Shown here: positions 38,145 to 50,594 of the stretch, in pieces
How the letters are laid out: every line of letters begins with the position of its first letter
Numbering within the stretch: position 1 is the stretch's first letter
Origin: Adineta vaga
Lineage: Eukaryota; Animalia; Rotifera
Length of the DNA stretch: 64,000 nt
Direction: 5' to 3'
Assembly: GCA_021613535.1 (NCBI GenBank)
Contig: CP075493.1
Coordinates: 13,516,001 to 13,580,000, forward strand
Program-made: the position numbers and the translations under genes
Notes under the pieces: model-generated
Told to the model about the DNA's origin: nothing
The model's input: the letters and a program-made list of their open reading frames with translations, nothing else
Database searches by the model: none

Positions 38145-38510
38145 CTAAGAATGATTTTCTAGTCGCTCTATAAAATCTTTTTCTTTAGAAATCCCAACTA
38201 AATAATCAAATTCATTCCTGGCTAAATCTTTGTTGAGTTTAGCTAAAAGAAGAATGAGACGTTTCTCTCCTGGTGTTGTCGTTGCTTGTGCATCAGTTTG
38301 TAAATAATTCTTAAATTCATCATTTGTTATTTGAGCATGGTTACATAACTCTCGGATACATTTATTAATGTTTCGACAACGTTGTGAAAGTCTTTCGTAA
38401 TCATCAATACCGATTGGAGGAAAATAACCAAACCACGGTTCTTTTTGTCGACATCTTTTAAGTGAATTTTTTAATCGTTCGTAAACATTCATTTCATTAC
38501 TTGCAGCCAT
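38145..38510 (-). CDS. Small hypothetical, probably helical protein (121 aa)
   Basis: Clean ATG-to-stop ORF with coding-like composition in AT-rich flanks; no family recognised. Confidence 0.5.
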   Translation of the reverse strand: MAASNEMNVYERLKNSLKRCRQKEPWFGYFPPIGIDDYERLSQRCRNINKCIRELCNHAQITNDEFKNYLQTDAQATTTPGEKRLILLLAKLNKDLARNEFDYLVGISKEKDFIERLENHS

Positions 38511-38722
38511 AGTAAAATAAGACTTTTGAATAAATTATTGAGAAAGAAAAAGAAATTGCGCAAATATGAAGCAAATAACACAATATATGTGTATCATGAG
38601 TCATCAAACAGAACGGAAAGGAATAGAAAAAAAAACACTTTCGAATTTTTTTTGTTTTTATTTTTTAGAATATAGGTTAAAGAATTCATTATATCGAGGG
38701 GAAACTATGAGGCGAATAAAAG

Positions 38723-39191
38723 TTATTTATTTTGTTGTTGTTTTTCTGTTGTATATTTCAGAACAGCTCGAAGCCATGTACCTAATTCATGACATAATGA
38801 AGAGATCCGTTTAAGTTCATTTGGTTGACATTCATCTTGATTTAAAATAATATTCAATTTTTTTATTTGTTCAGAATTTATTTGATCTTTATCTAGGTCA
38901 AATAAACGTTGAAGAAATTTATCAGCACCTGGCATCATTAATTTTTTATCATCATCCCAATCCCATTGATCTTTTGATGGTTCAAGTAAAATTCCAATAC
39001 ATTCAAATATTGAGAGGCAAGCAAGAGGTGGCTTCGCATAGGATCTTAGTTCGTTGAATTGACTTTTTGGTAATTGACGAAGAGATTCTTCAGCCACTAA
39101 ATAGATTAATATTTTTCATATTAGTATACAGAAGTAAATAAAATATATTACCAGTTATGGTATCGACAGTTGAGTTGGAAATTGAGGCCAT
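38723..39191 (-). CDS. Stand-alone dynein heavy-chain stalk microtubule-binding-domain protein (137 aa); intron 39151-39097
   Basis: AEESLRQL.K..FNELRSYAKPP...IFECIGILL...W...KKLM...FLQRL..LDKDQI...P..LKRISSLC..L..WLRAVLKY follows the dynein MTBD pattern. It has its own ATG exon and stop; no AAA or long stalk exons are adjacent. Confidence 0.8.
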
Positions 39192-39646
39192 ATTCCGTTC
39201 AAGAAGAGAAGAAAAGAAATGTTTTTGTAGAGTGGTGAAATAATTGAGAATTTATTTCTTGAGAAATGCTTCCGAAGAAAAAAGAAGAAAAGTTTTCTTC
39301 TTTCATTCTTGAAGAGAAAAGAATACATGTTTTGTTACACTATGATGAGTTCCTTATTGAAAACATTGTTATGTGCTTAATCAATCAACGTGTTTTCTTC
39401 TAAATCAAGTGTTTCTAATGTTGAATTTGCGATACAGATAGTATAAGAGCTAAAGATTATCTTTACTTTTTCTTCTTCTGCATAAACATTAACAAGGACA
39501 ACATTAGCGATAAAAAAAAGTGTGCAGATAAGAAAAGAAAAAGGGGTTGTTTTTTTCTCCCCCGTATTATTTTGTGTGTGTGCACGAATAAAAAAATACA
39601 AACTTCTTTCTTTCTATACTTATCAACTATAAGATAAAGAGGCGAG

Positions 39647-40110
39647 ATGGTGTTCACTATTATTGTACATCTAACTGCAAAGAATGAGCACGTGGACAAA
39701 GTCAAAGCAAAAATAATCGAAGCAAGTCGCGTCTATGTTAAAGATAAAGGAACTATCGACTGGTTCGTTAGTCAAGGTAAAACAAATGTATTACTATTTA
39801 TCATTTAAACAGAAATTTGTCATTTGAAAAACTATAGATGCAACGGATCCAACAAAGTTTGCCATCGTCGAGCGATATGAACAGCAAAGTGATGTACAAA
39901 CTCACATCAATAATCCATATTATAAAGAGTTTGGTGCATATGTAAAACCGCTTCTATCTAAACCCTTGGTAAGTAATTAAATCCATTATTAAAATTCTTC
40001 TCCTAGTATTGTCTTTGAAATTATAGGAACTTCATAGCGTAGTCGAATTGGATACATCGAAAGAAGTCGAAGTTCCTCCACAAACCTGGTCGGATGAAGC
40101 GGATAATTAA
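39647..40110 (+). CDS. ABM (antibiotic biosynthesis monooxygenase-like) domain protein, 114 aa, fungal type; absent from the ORF track
   Basis: Exons 39647-39776, 39838-39968, 40027-40110 (345 nt) give MVFTIIVHLTAK...IEASRVYVKDKGTIDWFVSQD..DPTKFAIVERYE...HINNPYYKEF..YVKPLL.KP. Confidence 0.85.
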
Positions 40111-40243
40111 ATTATTTTCATAATATGTTTTTAATTTGAAAAAAAATCAGTTTATTCTAACTAAATAAAAAAAATGGTATTTCAAGGTCATTCTAACTAA
40201 ACACACACATATGTAAATAAGCATGTTAATTCAACATGCTTTT

Positions 40244-41694
40244 TCATGATGGAAAAACACTGAATCGTCGTTGCAAATTTTTATTCATACTAGCAACAGG
40301 TATGATACTAAATCGTCGATCTAAATTTTTGTTCAAACTAGCCGCATCATTTGCTTCTTCAGCTTCAGGTAAATGCCAATTCGGTTCATCTTCAAAATTT
40401 TCATATTTTTGTACAAATATCGGTATTCGTAATATTAAACCTGTAATTAATCCACCTACAATAGCCATACCTAATGTTAATCCAAGTGCAGCTGCTTGAT
40501 ATGCTGCTTGCATATTATTTGTTCGTTTCATTCCACCACTAAGACAAACATCAGTGAGATGATCTAAATAACCTGATCGATTTCCAACGAAAACGATGAC
40601 AATTCCTGCAATAGCAGCCATTAAACCTGGTATTCCATGTAAATTATGTACTCCACATGTATCATGAACACGTATATCTTGTAGTTTCGGTAGGAGAAAA
40701 TGAAAACCTAAAACAGATACCATACCAGCAAGTGTACCAATAATCATTGCACCATGAAGACCAATATTAGATGTGGCGACAGTTCCAATAGCAACGCCAC
40801 CAGCTAATGTTGAATTCTGAATATGAATCATATCTAATTTACCTTTCCGAACAATGGTTGACATAAGAAAAGCACCCATGACCGATGCACATATCGATAC
40901 ATATGTATTTGTAATAGCATGAAGTCGTTCAATACCACTTGCTGTACCAGCATTGAACGATGGCCAAAAACAGAACAAAAACATAGTACCAATAATCGAA
41001 AATAAATCGGATGTATAACGAGATTTTTCCAATGGTGAACCAAGAACATTCGAATGAAATAGAACAAAAGCAACAGCTAACCCAAAATAGGCACCTATGA
41101 ACGAAATAATGTTATTCGATGAATTTCTTTATTTTCATTTTTCTTACCAAATACATGTACAAACATCGATTCTCCTCCATCATTCGCACAGAAGAAATGT
41201 GTACCAATCCATTCGTTGACTACTTGGATAGGAACTTCGAAGAATGCCATTATAATTAATTGTAGAGGACTGACTTGTCCTAGCACTGCTCCCATCGAAA
41301 TCAATATACTAGCCGAAACAAAATCAGCTGTGGATAAACTTCGTACATCAACAATAAATTTTTGTTTCGCATCATTCCAATCAAACATATAGCCACGCAT
41401 AATCAAAGCCCATTCAACTGTAAATGCACATAAGATAAAATTGAATCCAATTGCAGAATACGAATAATGACTTAAGAAAGTCATAAGAAATCCAAAACCA
41501 ATAAACATCATTACATGAATATCAGTAAACATGGAATAATAGAATTCTACTACACCACGTGGTGGATTTTCAAAATCAGTCACATTTGAAACGGGAAAAT
41601 ATTCATATTCACTGTAAAGACCAAAAAGAATAGTAAAAATTGTTTGGAGAAGAAGTAGAACAGCTGGAAATAAGTAAGGACGATATTCTACCAT
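40244..41694 (-). CDS. Rh-type ammonium transporter; intron 41147-41095
   Basis: DIHVMMFIGFGFLMTFL, ISMGAVLG, SMFVHVFGAYFGL, FWPSFN, HIQNSTLAGGVAIG, HDTCGVHNLHG. Confidence 0.95.
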
Positions 41695-41958
41695 CGTTTT
41701 CTTTTCTTTTTAAAATATGTGTTTTTATTCACTTCGTCCATTCATACCTATAAGAGATAAACGAAAAGATAAGATCGTATGTAACATATAGAAGGACGAA
41801 GAGACCAGTAAATATATGCTGTAAAATAAAGCACAAAGTGTAGATAAACAAGAAAAAGGAGAACATGTCTTTCCAACTAGATGGTATCATTCTGTTGAAG
41901 TACACGACAAGAATTTTATTGTTGAGAAAAAAAGAAGCAGTAGTTTTAAGTCAAAATA

Positions 41959-43488
41959 TTACAATCGACTATGTTGAATCGGAAGATTATTTTGTGTTAA
42001 AGCTGTTAATAAAGTATCTAATTTCATTTCTAATCGTTGCATTCGATCTTCAATAAAATTCGAATGTTGTTTCAGTTTAACAAGTGTTTTTGCATTTGCT
42101 TTTTGTTCATAATAAACATTGGTTAAAACAGTGAGTAATGAATCATTTCCATTGATTGCATTTCGTCGATAATGCTTAATAAGTTTTGCCGCTTGAATTG
42201 CTGTATGTAATCGACAGAGTGAATTAAATGTTGCTCCATAATTTGATTTACGTCGACGAAGAAACCAAGCTCGAACAGAATATTGAATAATTTCAGTAAC
42301 TCGCATTCGATATTCTCGTGCTTGATTGATACGATTGACAAAATCTAAAACCATCTGTTCAGATCGATTCAATGAAATTTTATTTATAAATACAGCAATT
42401 AAAATTGCTGAAGCAAAAACACCAATAAAAGATGTTAAAAACGCAATAGCTAGAAGTATAGAAGAAAAAAACAAATCAAATAGATAGAACTTTTTTTAAA
42501 CTCACATCGAGCACAATAAGTTTGAAGAACTAAATCACCATATCCTAAAACAATTTAAGTTATTAATAGATAGAAATCTTTTGAGAAGACTTACCAACAG
42601 TAGTAAATGTTACAATACTAAACCAAGTCGCATTGGCAAACGATGATGTGTAAGAAATCGGTTGTAATGATAGTGTTTGAATTGGTAACCACATTCCTTT
42701 TTCGCATGCATGTAATGACCAACTAGCAATGAATAAGATCGTTGTCATCAAACAAGACCAACATAGACCAGGATATGTTTGAAGAAAAGCTCGCAGAATA
42801 AATGATATGGTCATGGGTACTCGATTTAAATATCCAATCGAACGTGATGAAGCAGCATCGACTAATGGAGAATGTAATGTTACACTACGTGCAATTAGAT
42901 AAAGACGAGCAAACACTAAAAGAAGTTAAATTTATATTTAGAAAAAAAGAACACAAACGATTGAACAACCAATTTCTTACTAGGTAAAGTGAGTATCATA
43001 TCAATCCAAACGAAATCATCATTTGACGAGGATATTTTAGAAATATAAGGAAATGGATGAATAATACAAATGACTATTTCACAAATGACGATGATAATAC
43101 CGCGAATCTTTAAAGTAACACGCCAATCAGCAATATGATTATTGATCGCATATAGACGAATATCGAGCATATGATAATATAGAACAAGTCCAACAAGAAT
43201 TACTGAAGAACAACTGATCAAAGGTCGAATTATAATAATACGTTGTTCATCAACTTGATTGAATCGACATTCAGTATCAATAATCATAAGAATAAGACCA
43301 AAAAGAGCAATGAAACACATGATATCATTCACACGACGACATCGAAAATGAAGATTTTTACGTTCAATTAAACTATGTTTCATTGATAAAATCGATTTTT
43401 TTTCATCTGAAAGCTTTTTCGAATGTGATTCAGGCATTGCAATAACTTCAGTTAATTTGAATGGCATTCTAATATGATGATTTTCCAT
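41959..43488 (-). CDS. SK/KCNN-like Ca2+-activated K+ channel; 4 exons
   Basis: Exons 43488-42981, 42915-42595, 42544-42506, 42449-41959. DWR, IHPFP, MFARLYL, SRSIG.LNRV, pore TFTTVG|YGD, calmodulin-binding region and coiled coil. Confidence 0.9.
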
Positions 43489-44417
43489 GTATCCTTTGAA
43501 TAAGTTGTCAAATAACTAGAAATGTACTTTGAAAATGACAAGAAAAAGAATACCATGCAATGCACGTCATTTTCTTTTCTTTCCTTTTTTGACGAGATAT
43601 TCAGGTTATCGTCATTTGATGAACAATATATGTATTCATTAAAAAGTCACATCTTCTCATATGAATCCCTCTTGTGAAAGAAAGTGCTTCATTGTTTTCT
43701 TATAGATTAACAGAAGACAAGATTTTATTCATCAAAAGAAAAGATCGAAAGCATATATTAATGTCATGAAAACGCAAGATGTATTTCTGAGAGTGAACAA
43801 ATCAATTTGATATATTTATCTGTAGAATTCCTATTTTTATTCTTACTTTCACACCCACAACTCATATTCAGTAGTTCTATCTAGAACAAATGAATGTGAA
43901 AAGCAAAATATAAACTCGAGTTTCAATGATATTCCATCGATGTTGTTGATCAGTTTCATCTTTATTACTGGCAGGTAATGGTGTGAACAGATTCTGATTT
44001 AAAAAATAATCTTCCAGAGAAGGCATTGTAGAAAAAGAAAAAAAAACAAAGTGAATTTATATTATGTTGATATTTTCTCATTACAAAATGAAATTGTTAT
44101 TGAAACATGCTTTTTCTCTAATATTAATTAGTATACACAAGGTTTTTCAGTCTAGAAAGTAAAAACAAAAGCTGTTTTTAGATATGCAGTACCCAGGTAA
44201 CTGTTTATCTGAAGCTGTGTATTCAGATCTAACTCATATTATTGATTTTACCTGGACAATACGGAAAAAAACTATCTAGGACTTTAGTTCATTACTGTCA
44301 CATTATTCTTTATCGTTTTTTGAAGCTCTTCGCTTGTTTTGGTTATCTCATCAACTTTCATTTCTTATCTAAAGAATAACCTTGCAAACTTTTCAGTTGT
44401 GTAAGTGAGATTGAAAT

Positions 44418-47110
44418 ATGAAGACATTCATATTCTTAACTATTGTATTACACACTTTTATTTTACAAGTACGAACAAACGAATATATTCAATCACAAAA
44501 ATTATGTAACAGATTAAATTTTCCAACCAAAAATGTACGTCAAGTTTCTATCACTGGTCGTTTAATTGATCGTACAATCTATATAAGTAATGCAAATATT
44601 GAAATTATCTATATATCATCAAATCATCGATCGATATGTTCGACTCTTTATCATTCAAGTTCAAATGGTTATTTTAATCTAACCAATGTCGTAGCACAGT
44701 TCGATGAAGAACTTCTTCTACGAGTAACAGCACCAGGTTATAAAATCTTTCACAAGAAAATTCCTTTACCATTATCGTACGAACGATTGAAAGAGATACA
44801 ACTCAATTGGCAAATTACTTTAACTAAAGATAACAAACATATGAAATCTATTGTTGATACGCTCCTAGCTGAAATGACGTTAGATGAAAAAATTGGTCAA
44901 TTAAATCTTGAAGGCGTGGGTTTTAATGACGATGGTCCAATTATCAGTGATACATTACGAAAGAAAATTCAACGTGGTGAAGTCGGTGCTGTACTCAATA
45001 TTTTTACACCCAAAGCTGTTCGTCAATTACAAGAACTTGCAATAAATAGTAGTCGTCTAAAAGTACCTTTTATCTTTGGTTTCGATGTTATTCATGGACA
45101 TAAAACAATTTTCCCAGTACCCTTAGGTTTAAGTTCAACATGGAATATGTCGTTAATTGAACAAAGTGCACGTATTGCAGCTCGTGAAGCAACAGCTGAT
45201 GCTCTCAATTGGGTATTTTCACCTATGGTAGATATAGCACATGATCCACGTTGGGGCAGAATTATGGAAGGTTCTGGTGAAGATCCGTGGCTAGGTAGTC
45301 TCGTAGCTGCAGCTATGGTACGCGGTTATCAAGGAAATAATTTAAGTGATGTAGATACGGTTTTGGCATGTTTTAAACATTTCGGTTTATATGGCGCAGC
45401 AGAAGCTGGACGTGATTACAATACGGTTGACATGAGTCCTTTACGGATGTATGAATTTTATCTTCCTCCGTATCGTGCAGCTGTCGAAGCTGGTGCCGGT
45501 AGTGTTATGACTTCGTTTAATGAAATTAATGGTGTTCCATCTACAGCTAATCGATGGTTGTTAACTGATCTACTTCGCAATCAATGGAATTTTACTGGAT
45601 TTGTTGTTACTGATGCTACGGCAATTAGTGAATTGATTAATCATGGTTTAGGCAATTTACAAGAAGTAAGTGCACGTGCACTGAATGCTGGTGTTGATTT
45701 GGATATGGGTAGTCAAGGATTTTTAACAACATTAAATCAATCATTCCAAGAAGGAAAAGTAACTGAACAAACAATCGATCAAGCATGCCGTCTTGTTCTA
45801 GAAGCGAAATATAAATTAGGATTACTTGATGATCCATTTCATTATGTTAATGAAACACGAGCACATACAGATATATTTACAAAAGAAAATCGTTTAGCAG
45901 CAAGAGATTTTGCTCGTCGTTCTTTCGTTCTTTTGAAAAATGACAAACAAATATTACCATTAGCCAGATCGAATCTAACTGTGACTCTCGTTGGTCCATT
46001 GGCTGATGATCGTAGAAATTTACTTGGTGCATGGAGTGGAGGTGGTGATTGGAATCAAGCAGTAAGTGTTCTCGAAGGTATAAATCAACTTATGGGAAAT
46101 AACATCCAAGTCTTACATGTCAAGGGAGCAAATCTTCTCGAAGATCCATTAATGCTGAAATTATTAAATGCCTATGGTGGTGATATTATCTTAGATAATC
46201 GAACAGCAACAGAAATGATTGATGAAGCACTTCAAGCTGCACAGAAATCTGATATTATTGTTGCTGTTGTTGGTGAAACACAAGGTATGACAGGTGAAGC
46301 AGCGAGTCGAGCCGATATTGGATTACCTGTTTGTCAACAACGTTTACTTCAAGCATTATTTCAAACAGGTAAACCTGTAGTTATCGTATTAATGAATGGA
46401 CGACCAATGACATTAACATGGGAAGATCAATATGCAACAGCAATTTTAGAAACATGGTTTGCTGGTACAGAAGCTGGAAATGCAATAGCTGAAGTACTTT
46501 TTGGTTATTATAATCCAGCTGGGAAATTAACAGCAACATTTCCACGTTCTGTTGGACAAATTCCACTGTATTACAATAAAAAAAATACAGGAAGGCCATA
46601 TAATTCCAGTGATTTTCTCGACCGATACAAAGTAACAAAATATCGATTAATCGTTTCTAAACAAAATGAAATGTTACTATTCATTTTTAGAGTCGTTATT
46701 TAGATATACCAAATGATCCTTTATATCCATTTGGTTATGGTCTTAGTTATACGACTTTTAGCTTTGGTCCATTGAATGTAGATAAAACTGAACTTCATGG
46801 TGATTCTGATCATCTAAATATTAGTGTTGTTGTAAGTAATACAGGTGCATATGATGGAGAAGAAGTTGTACAACTGTATATTGGAGATCCAGTTGCAAGT
46901 GTAACACGAGCTGTACGAGAATTGAAAAATTTCCAGAAAATATTTCTTCAAGTTCGTGAACGTAAAGAAATTTCGTTTATTGTTACAAACGATGATTTGA
47001 AATTTTTCGATGCCAATCTTAATTATATTTGGGAAGAAGGTGTCTTCAACATTTATATCGGTCCTGATTCAGTAAATACTCAATCGGTTCAAATTAATTG
47101 GTTTAAATAA
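44418..47110 (+). CDS. Secreted GH3 beta-glucosidase (BglX-like) with extra N-terminal beta-sandwich and C-terminal Fn3-like domain; intron 46632-46690
   Basis: MTLDEKIGQL, DVIHG, DPRWGR..EG.GEDP, KHF, GFVVTD, VLLKN, GEAASR, PLYPFGYGLSYTTF, GEEVVQLY, ELKNF.KI.L. Confidence 0.92.
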
Positions 47111-47423
47111 ATGATTATCAATAAACTTCGAATTTTTTACTTTCATTCAAAGAAAAAAACGAAATAATTTAAGGGAGTCAATATGTTAATTTGTTGTTAC
47201 ATTGATTCGGTGCGTCTTAGATAAAATATGCCAAACGATAAATATTGAAATGAATCGACAAATGATCAGTAAACTAATTAGTTGCATTTCTATTGTCACC
47301 CGATCATAAACCCTTCTTTTCAAACTGAAAAAAATAGAAAATACAAATCACTAATTAGATATATTTGCAAGAAAGACAATCACATTTATTAATGCAGCTA
47401 CTAACTTTCTCGCCGATGCTAGA

Positions 47424-47463
47424 GGGTGGGTGTGGGTGTGGGTGTGGGTGTGGGTGGGTGTGG
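47424..47463 (+). repeat. Interstitial telomere-like tract with (TGTGGG)4 core; G-quadruplex-capable
   Basis: GGGTGGG(TGTGGG)4TGGGTGTGG. TGTGGG is the telomeric repeat reported for Adineta vaga. Confidence 0.85.
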
Positions 47464-47843
47464 CCACGTCAGTAATTCCTATGATATACAATGCAAACAA
47501 TAACTGTATTATTACGTGATGATACCGTTCGTGTTACTCTTCCTTGTTCAGAGGTAGTTGCAGCTGTTATAATGTTGTTTTTCTTCATCTTGATAACGTT
47601 CACAGCTACTAACGTAAGAAGATTAGAACACTAATTCTACAACCTAAAAGATACCACATTATCGCATTATTAAACGATTGTCAGCCGTCATAGTAATGAA
47701 CTCATGTCCCTTTTCGCATCATAGGAGCAACTTGGTGGCAATCATTTTCTTCGAAGCAAAAAATATAAGTTGTCGTTTATGATCATATACAAGATTCATG
47801 CAGACTTTGAGAGGAATTTTTTTATTCTAGTTTAAAACTATAT

Positions 47844-48884
47844 TTACGAAATCTTTATTCGTTTCGCGCGATTTCCTCTATTATTAATAACAATCAATTG
47901 ATAACATGAATTGATCATCTGTGTATAAAAATCCGGAATTTGATTATAAAAAGAATCACTATTATTAACTAATACAATATGATAATTATGTCCATAAGAT
48001 ATTCCTTTGAATTCTTCTGTTTTCATCTGTTGATCAATATCCATCCATGCAGCATGAATACATCCATCCGCGATATATTCTCGTAATATTAAATCATCAC
48101 GAATTAATTCATGTAAAAAACGTTGTATCCTTTCAGATCGATAAAACCATTGTAATCGAATAAGAAAGAAATTATTATAAATACAATTTGTTCGCGGTAA
48201 AGTTCGATTGAAAAAAAGCTTTTCAATTGGATATAAACCTTCATTTATATCATTATACCATGATCGATACAAATAATCAAGTTTTTTATGAATCATACAT
48301 TGAAAAAGATCTTCATTTGTTCTATCAATAAAATATGAATCATCATCCATTCGGATTAAATACTCAAAATTATTTTTCACAATCATCGGATGATAAAACA
48401 CATCATAAGACCAAAATCGACACATTAAATGATATCCAGTGTCTTTTCTCTTCAAAAAGTTTTTCGGTAATTGGATATTTCTTTGAAAATGAATTAAAAC
48501 GAATGATATATGTACTGTTCTGTTAGAATTCAATATACAAGATAAAATATATTGACGCATTGATAATGTTAATGATTGTTCATGAAATATTAAGAATGGA
48601 TAGTGAAATTGATTCGTAGTTGAATGAAATAAAACAACAGAATGAATCATATTAATAACACGATACATTGATTCATTTGTACTACGTATCAATGTAACAA
48701 AAACACCTCGAGGATGATTATTCCATTGAATAGGTATCTCTTCATAGTCAGATTGATTGACCAATGTTTTAGATTGAAAATTATTCAATAATTTCGAATA
48801 AAAACTAAGTAAATACATCGAAGAAAGAATAAGAAATATTAGACACGATTTTGATAAATTAATTTTTTGATTTTGAATAATCAT
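47844..48884 (-). CDS. GT15 (Kre2/Mnt1-like) mannosyltransferase-like type II membrane protein, intronless
   Basis: N-terminal TM; YPFLIFHE, GYHLMCRFW, YLIRMDDDS, IYNNF motifs. Confidence 0.75.
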   Translation of the reverse strand: MIIQNQKINLSKSCLIFLILSSMYLLSFYSKLLNNFQSKTLVNQSDYEEIPIQWNNHPRGVFVTLIRSTNESMYRVINMIHSVVLFHSTTNQFHYPFLIFHEQSLTLSMRQYILSCILNSNRTVHISFVLIHFQRNIQLPKNFLKRKDTGYHLMCRFWSYDVFYHPMIVKNNFEYLIRMDDDSYFIDRTNEDLFQCMIHKKLDYLYRSWYNDINEGLYPIEKLFFNRTLPRTNCIYNNFFLIRLQWFYRSERIQRFLHELIRDDLILREYIADGCIHAAWMDIDQQMKTEEFKGISYGHNYHIVLVNNSDSFYNQIPDFYTQMINSCYQLIVINNRGNRAKRIKIS

Positions 48885-49199
48885 AGCACCATTTTAAAAC
48901 AAAAAAAATGAAAATGTTCTTTCAATCATCAAACATATTTTCGATCTAGACAATTGTCATTAGTTTGTTCTTGCTTCAATAATTGTACTTTTTTCTTTCT
49001 TGACTTCTCGTCACACATTTTATATAGTACATAAAATAAATGTGTTGGACCAAACTTTCAAATTAATTTCTCCTCTATATGTTGAGAACACGTACGAGAT
49101 ACTTTTTCAAATGAATTTTAGATAATATAAACGTGGTGCTTATCACCGGGTAAAATCATTTCGAGTAAATGCAAATAATTTCTTTTTGGGATAATTGAA

Positions 49200-50030
49200 C
49201 TTATGTTTTAGCTTGCGGAGATTGGAGACATCATTTGAAGACGATAGTTGTTGATCAGCTGAAAGAGTTCTATAGTCAAGTGAATGTACTCGATGGTATG
49301 ATATGAAGAAAAATCACATTCAGAATACGTTGATTCTGATTCAATGAACTGGTTAGTTAAATACAAGTTATTGAACGTATAAGGTCGTATAAAAACGATT
49401 CTATCACCATAATCGCTTTCATATCATTGGTGTTCTTCGAGCCAAAATGGAGTTTGAAATGATTGAACTGTTTTATCATCATCATCATCATCGGATAGAA
49501 TAGTCGATTCTATTTCTAAACAAAATACTTGAAGTTTAGGTAAATAATTAACGATAAGATGTTCCCACTGATATCCATCAATATTAAAATCGTGTGCTTT
49601 CAAGGTTAAATGACATAAATTAGGTACGATTTGAAAAAGATTCGACAACACTAACATTGAGTTGTTGAGATCTATATCCAAATATCGAAGACAAGGTGTA
49701 TAGTTAAAAATATTAATAAGATCTGTAAGACTATAATATCTCTTCTTTAAAATTAAATATTGAAGTGATGTCGATATCGTGCGTAGCGAAACAATGGTAT
49801 AAGCATACCAATCCAACGAGATATTAACATAACATAACAATAAATTAACTTCGATAAGTACAAAATATTATTTAAAATCTGACCAATTGATGTATTATTT
49901 GGTCTAAGATCACAATTATCAAGATGTAAATGAATTAGATTCGGAAGATGTTGACACACAAAATCAAAATCTTGTTTTGATATTGATCGAAAATCAAGTC
50001 GAGAGTCTTTTCGAATGAAATCTTTTTCTT
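49200..50030 (-). pseudogene. Decayed F-box/LRR-like gene fragment
   Basis: Fragments LPNLIHLHL, TP.LRYLDI, PNL.HLTL, IDGYQWE.LI.NYLPKL..F, SFQTPFWL across frames with stops. Boundaries approximate. Confidence 0.6.
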
Positions 50031-50147
50031 TTGAAGAGAGTCTTTGGATTTTAAAATCTAATCGAATGTGAATAATACATTCTTATCAGATTGCTCTTGT
50101 TTTATTATGTAGGTAGTCAAAAAATAAAATAAAAAATGTAATAAAAT

Positions 50148-50594
50148 TTATCCTTTAAGAACATCTCTAACTTTCATTAAAGTAATTCCTAATTGATTTC
50201 TTCCACTTCCATCACCGCCATCACCCCAATACGAATCATTTACTGTATGTTCGACTAACGTTCGATCTTCAGTAGATAATAACAAATCTCTCAATTTTTG
50301 GTGTTGTTGAAATTTTGCCAAACATGCTTTAAACATAATTTCATCTTTAACACTTGCCCAATCAGATCGAACGAAAGATTTGTAAGTTCGAACATAATTA
50401 AATGCGTCACGAGGCGTGGGTAATTTCAAAACATTTTGAAAATGTGTTTCATCCGAAATGAATTTTTGTGCTTGAAAATAATGTTCCGTTGTTGGCCAAG
50501 TATGTCCATCTAATTGAATTGGAGCACGATAAAAATTACTAAATTCACCAAACGGCTTATTAGTGTGATAAAAATTAACCGGAATGTTCGTCAT
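50148..50594 (-). CDS. ybiA: NADAR/YbiA-family N-glycosidase, intronless
   Basis: FSNFY..PI..DG..WPTTEHYFQAQKF, AKF.QH..LR.LLLST, LVEHT.ND.YWGDGGDGSG.N.LG..LM.VR. Confidence 0.92.
   Translation of the reverse strand: MTNIPVNFYHTNKPFGEFSNFYRAPIQLDGHTWPTTEHYFQAQKFISDETHFQNVLKLPTPRDAFNYVRTYKSFVRSDWASVKDEIMFKACLAKFQQHQKLRDLLLSTEDRTLVEHTVNDSYWGDGGDGSGRNQLGITLMKVRDVLKG

Noticed and set aside
26360-41694. Methylamine pathway cluster linking the FMO and the Rh transporter
   Set aside because: They are 12 kb apart with unrelated genes between them; no evidence of co-regulation.
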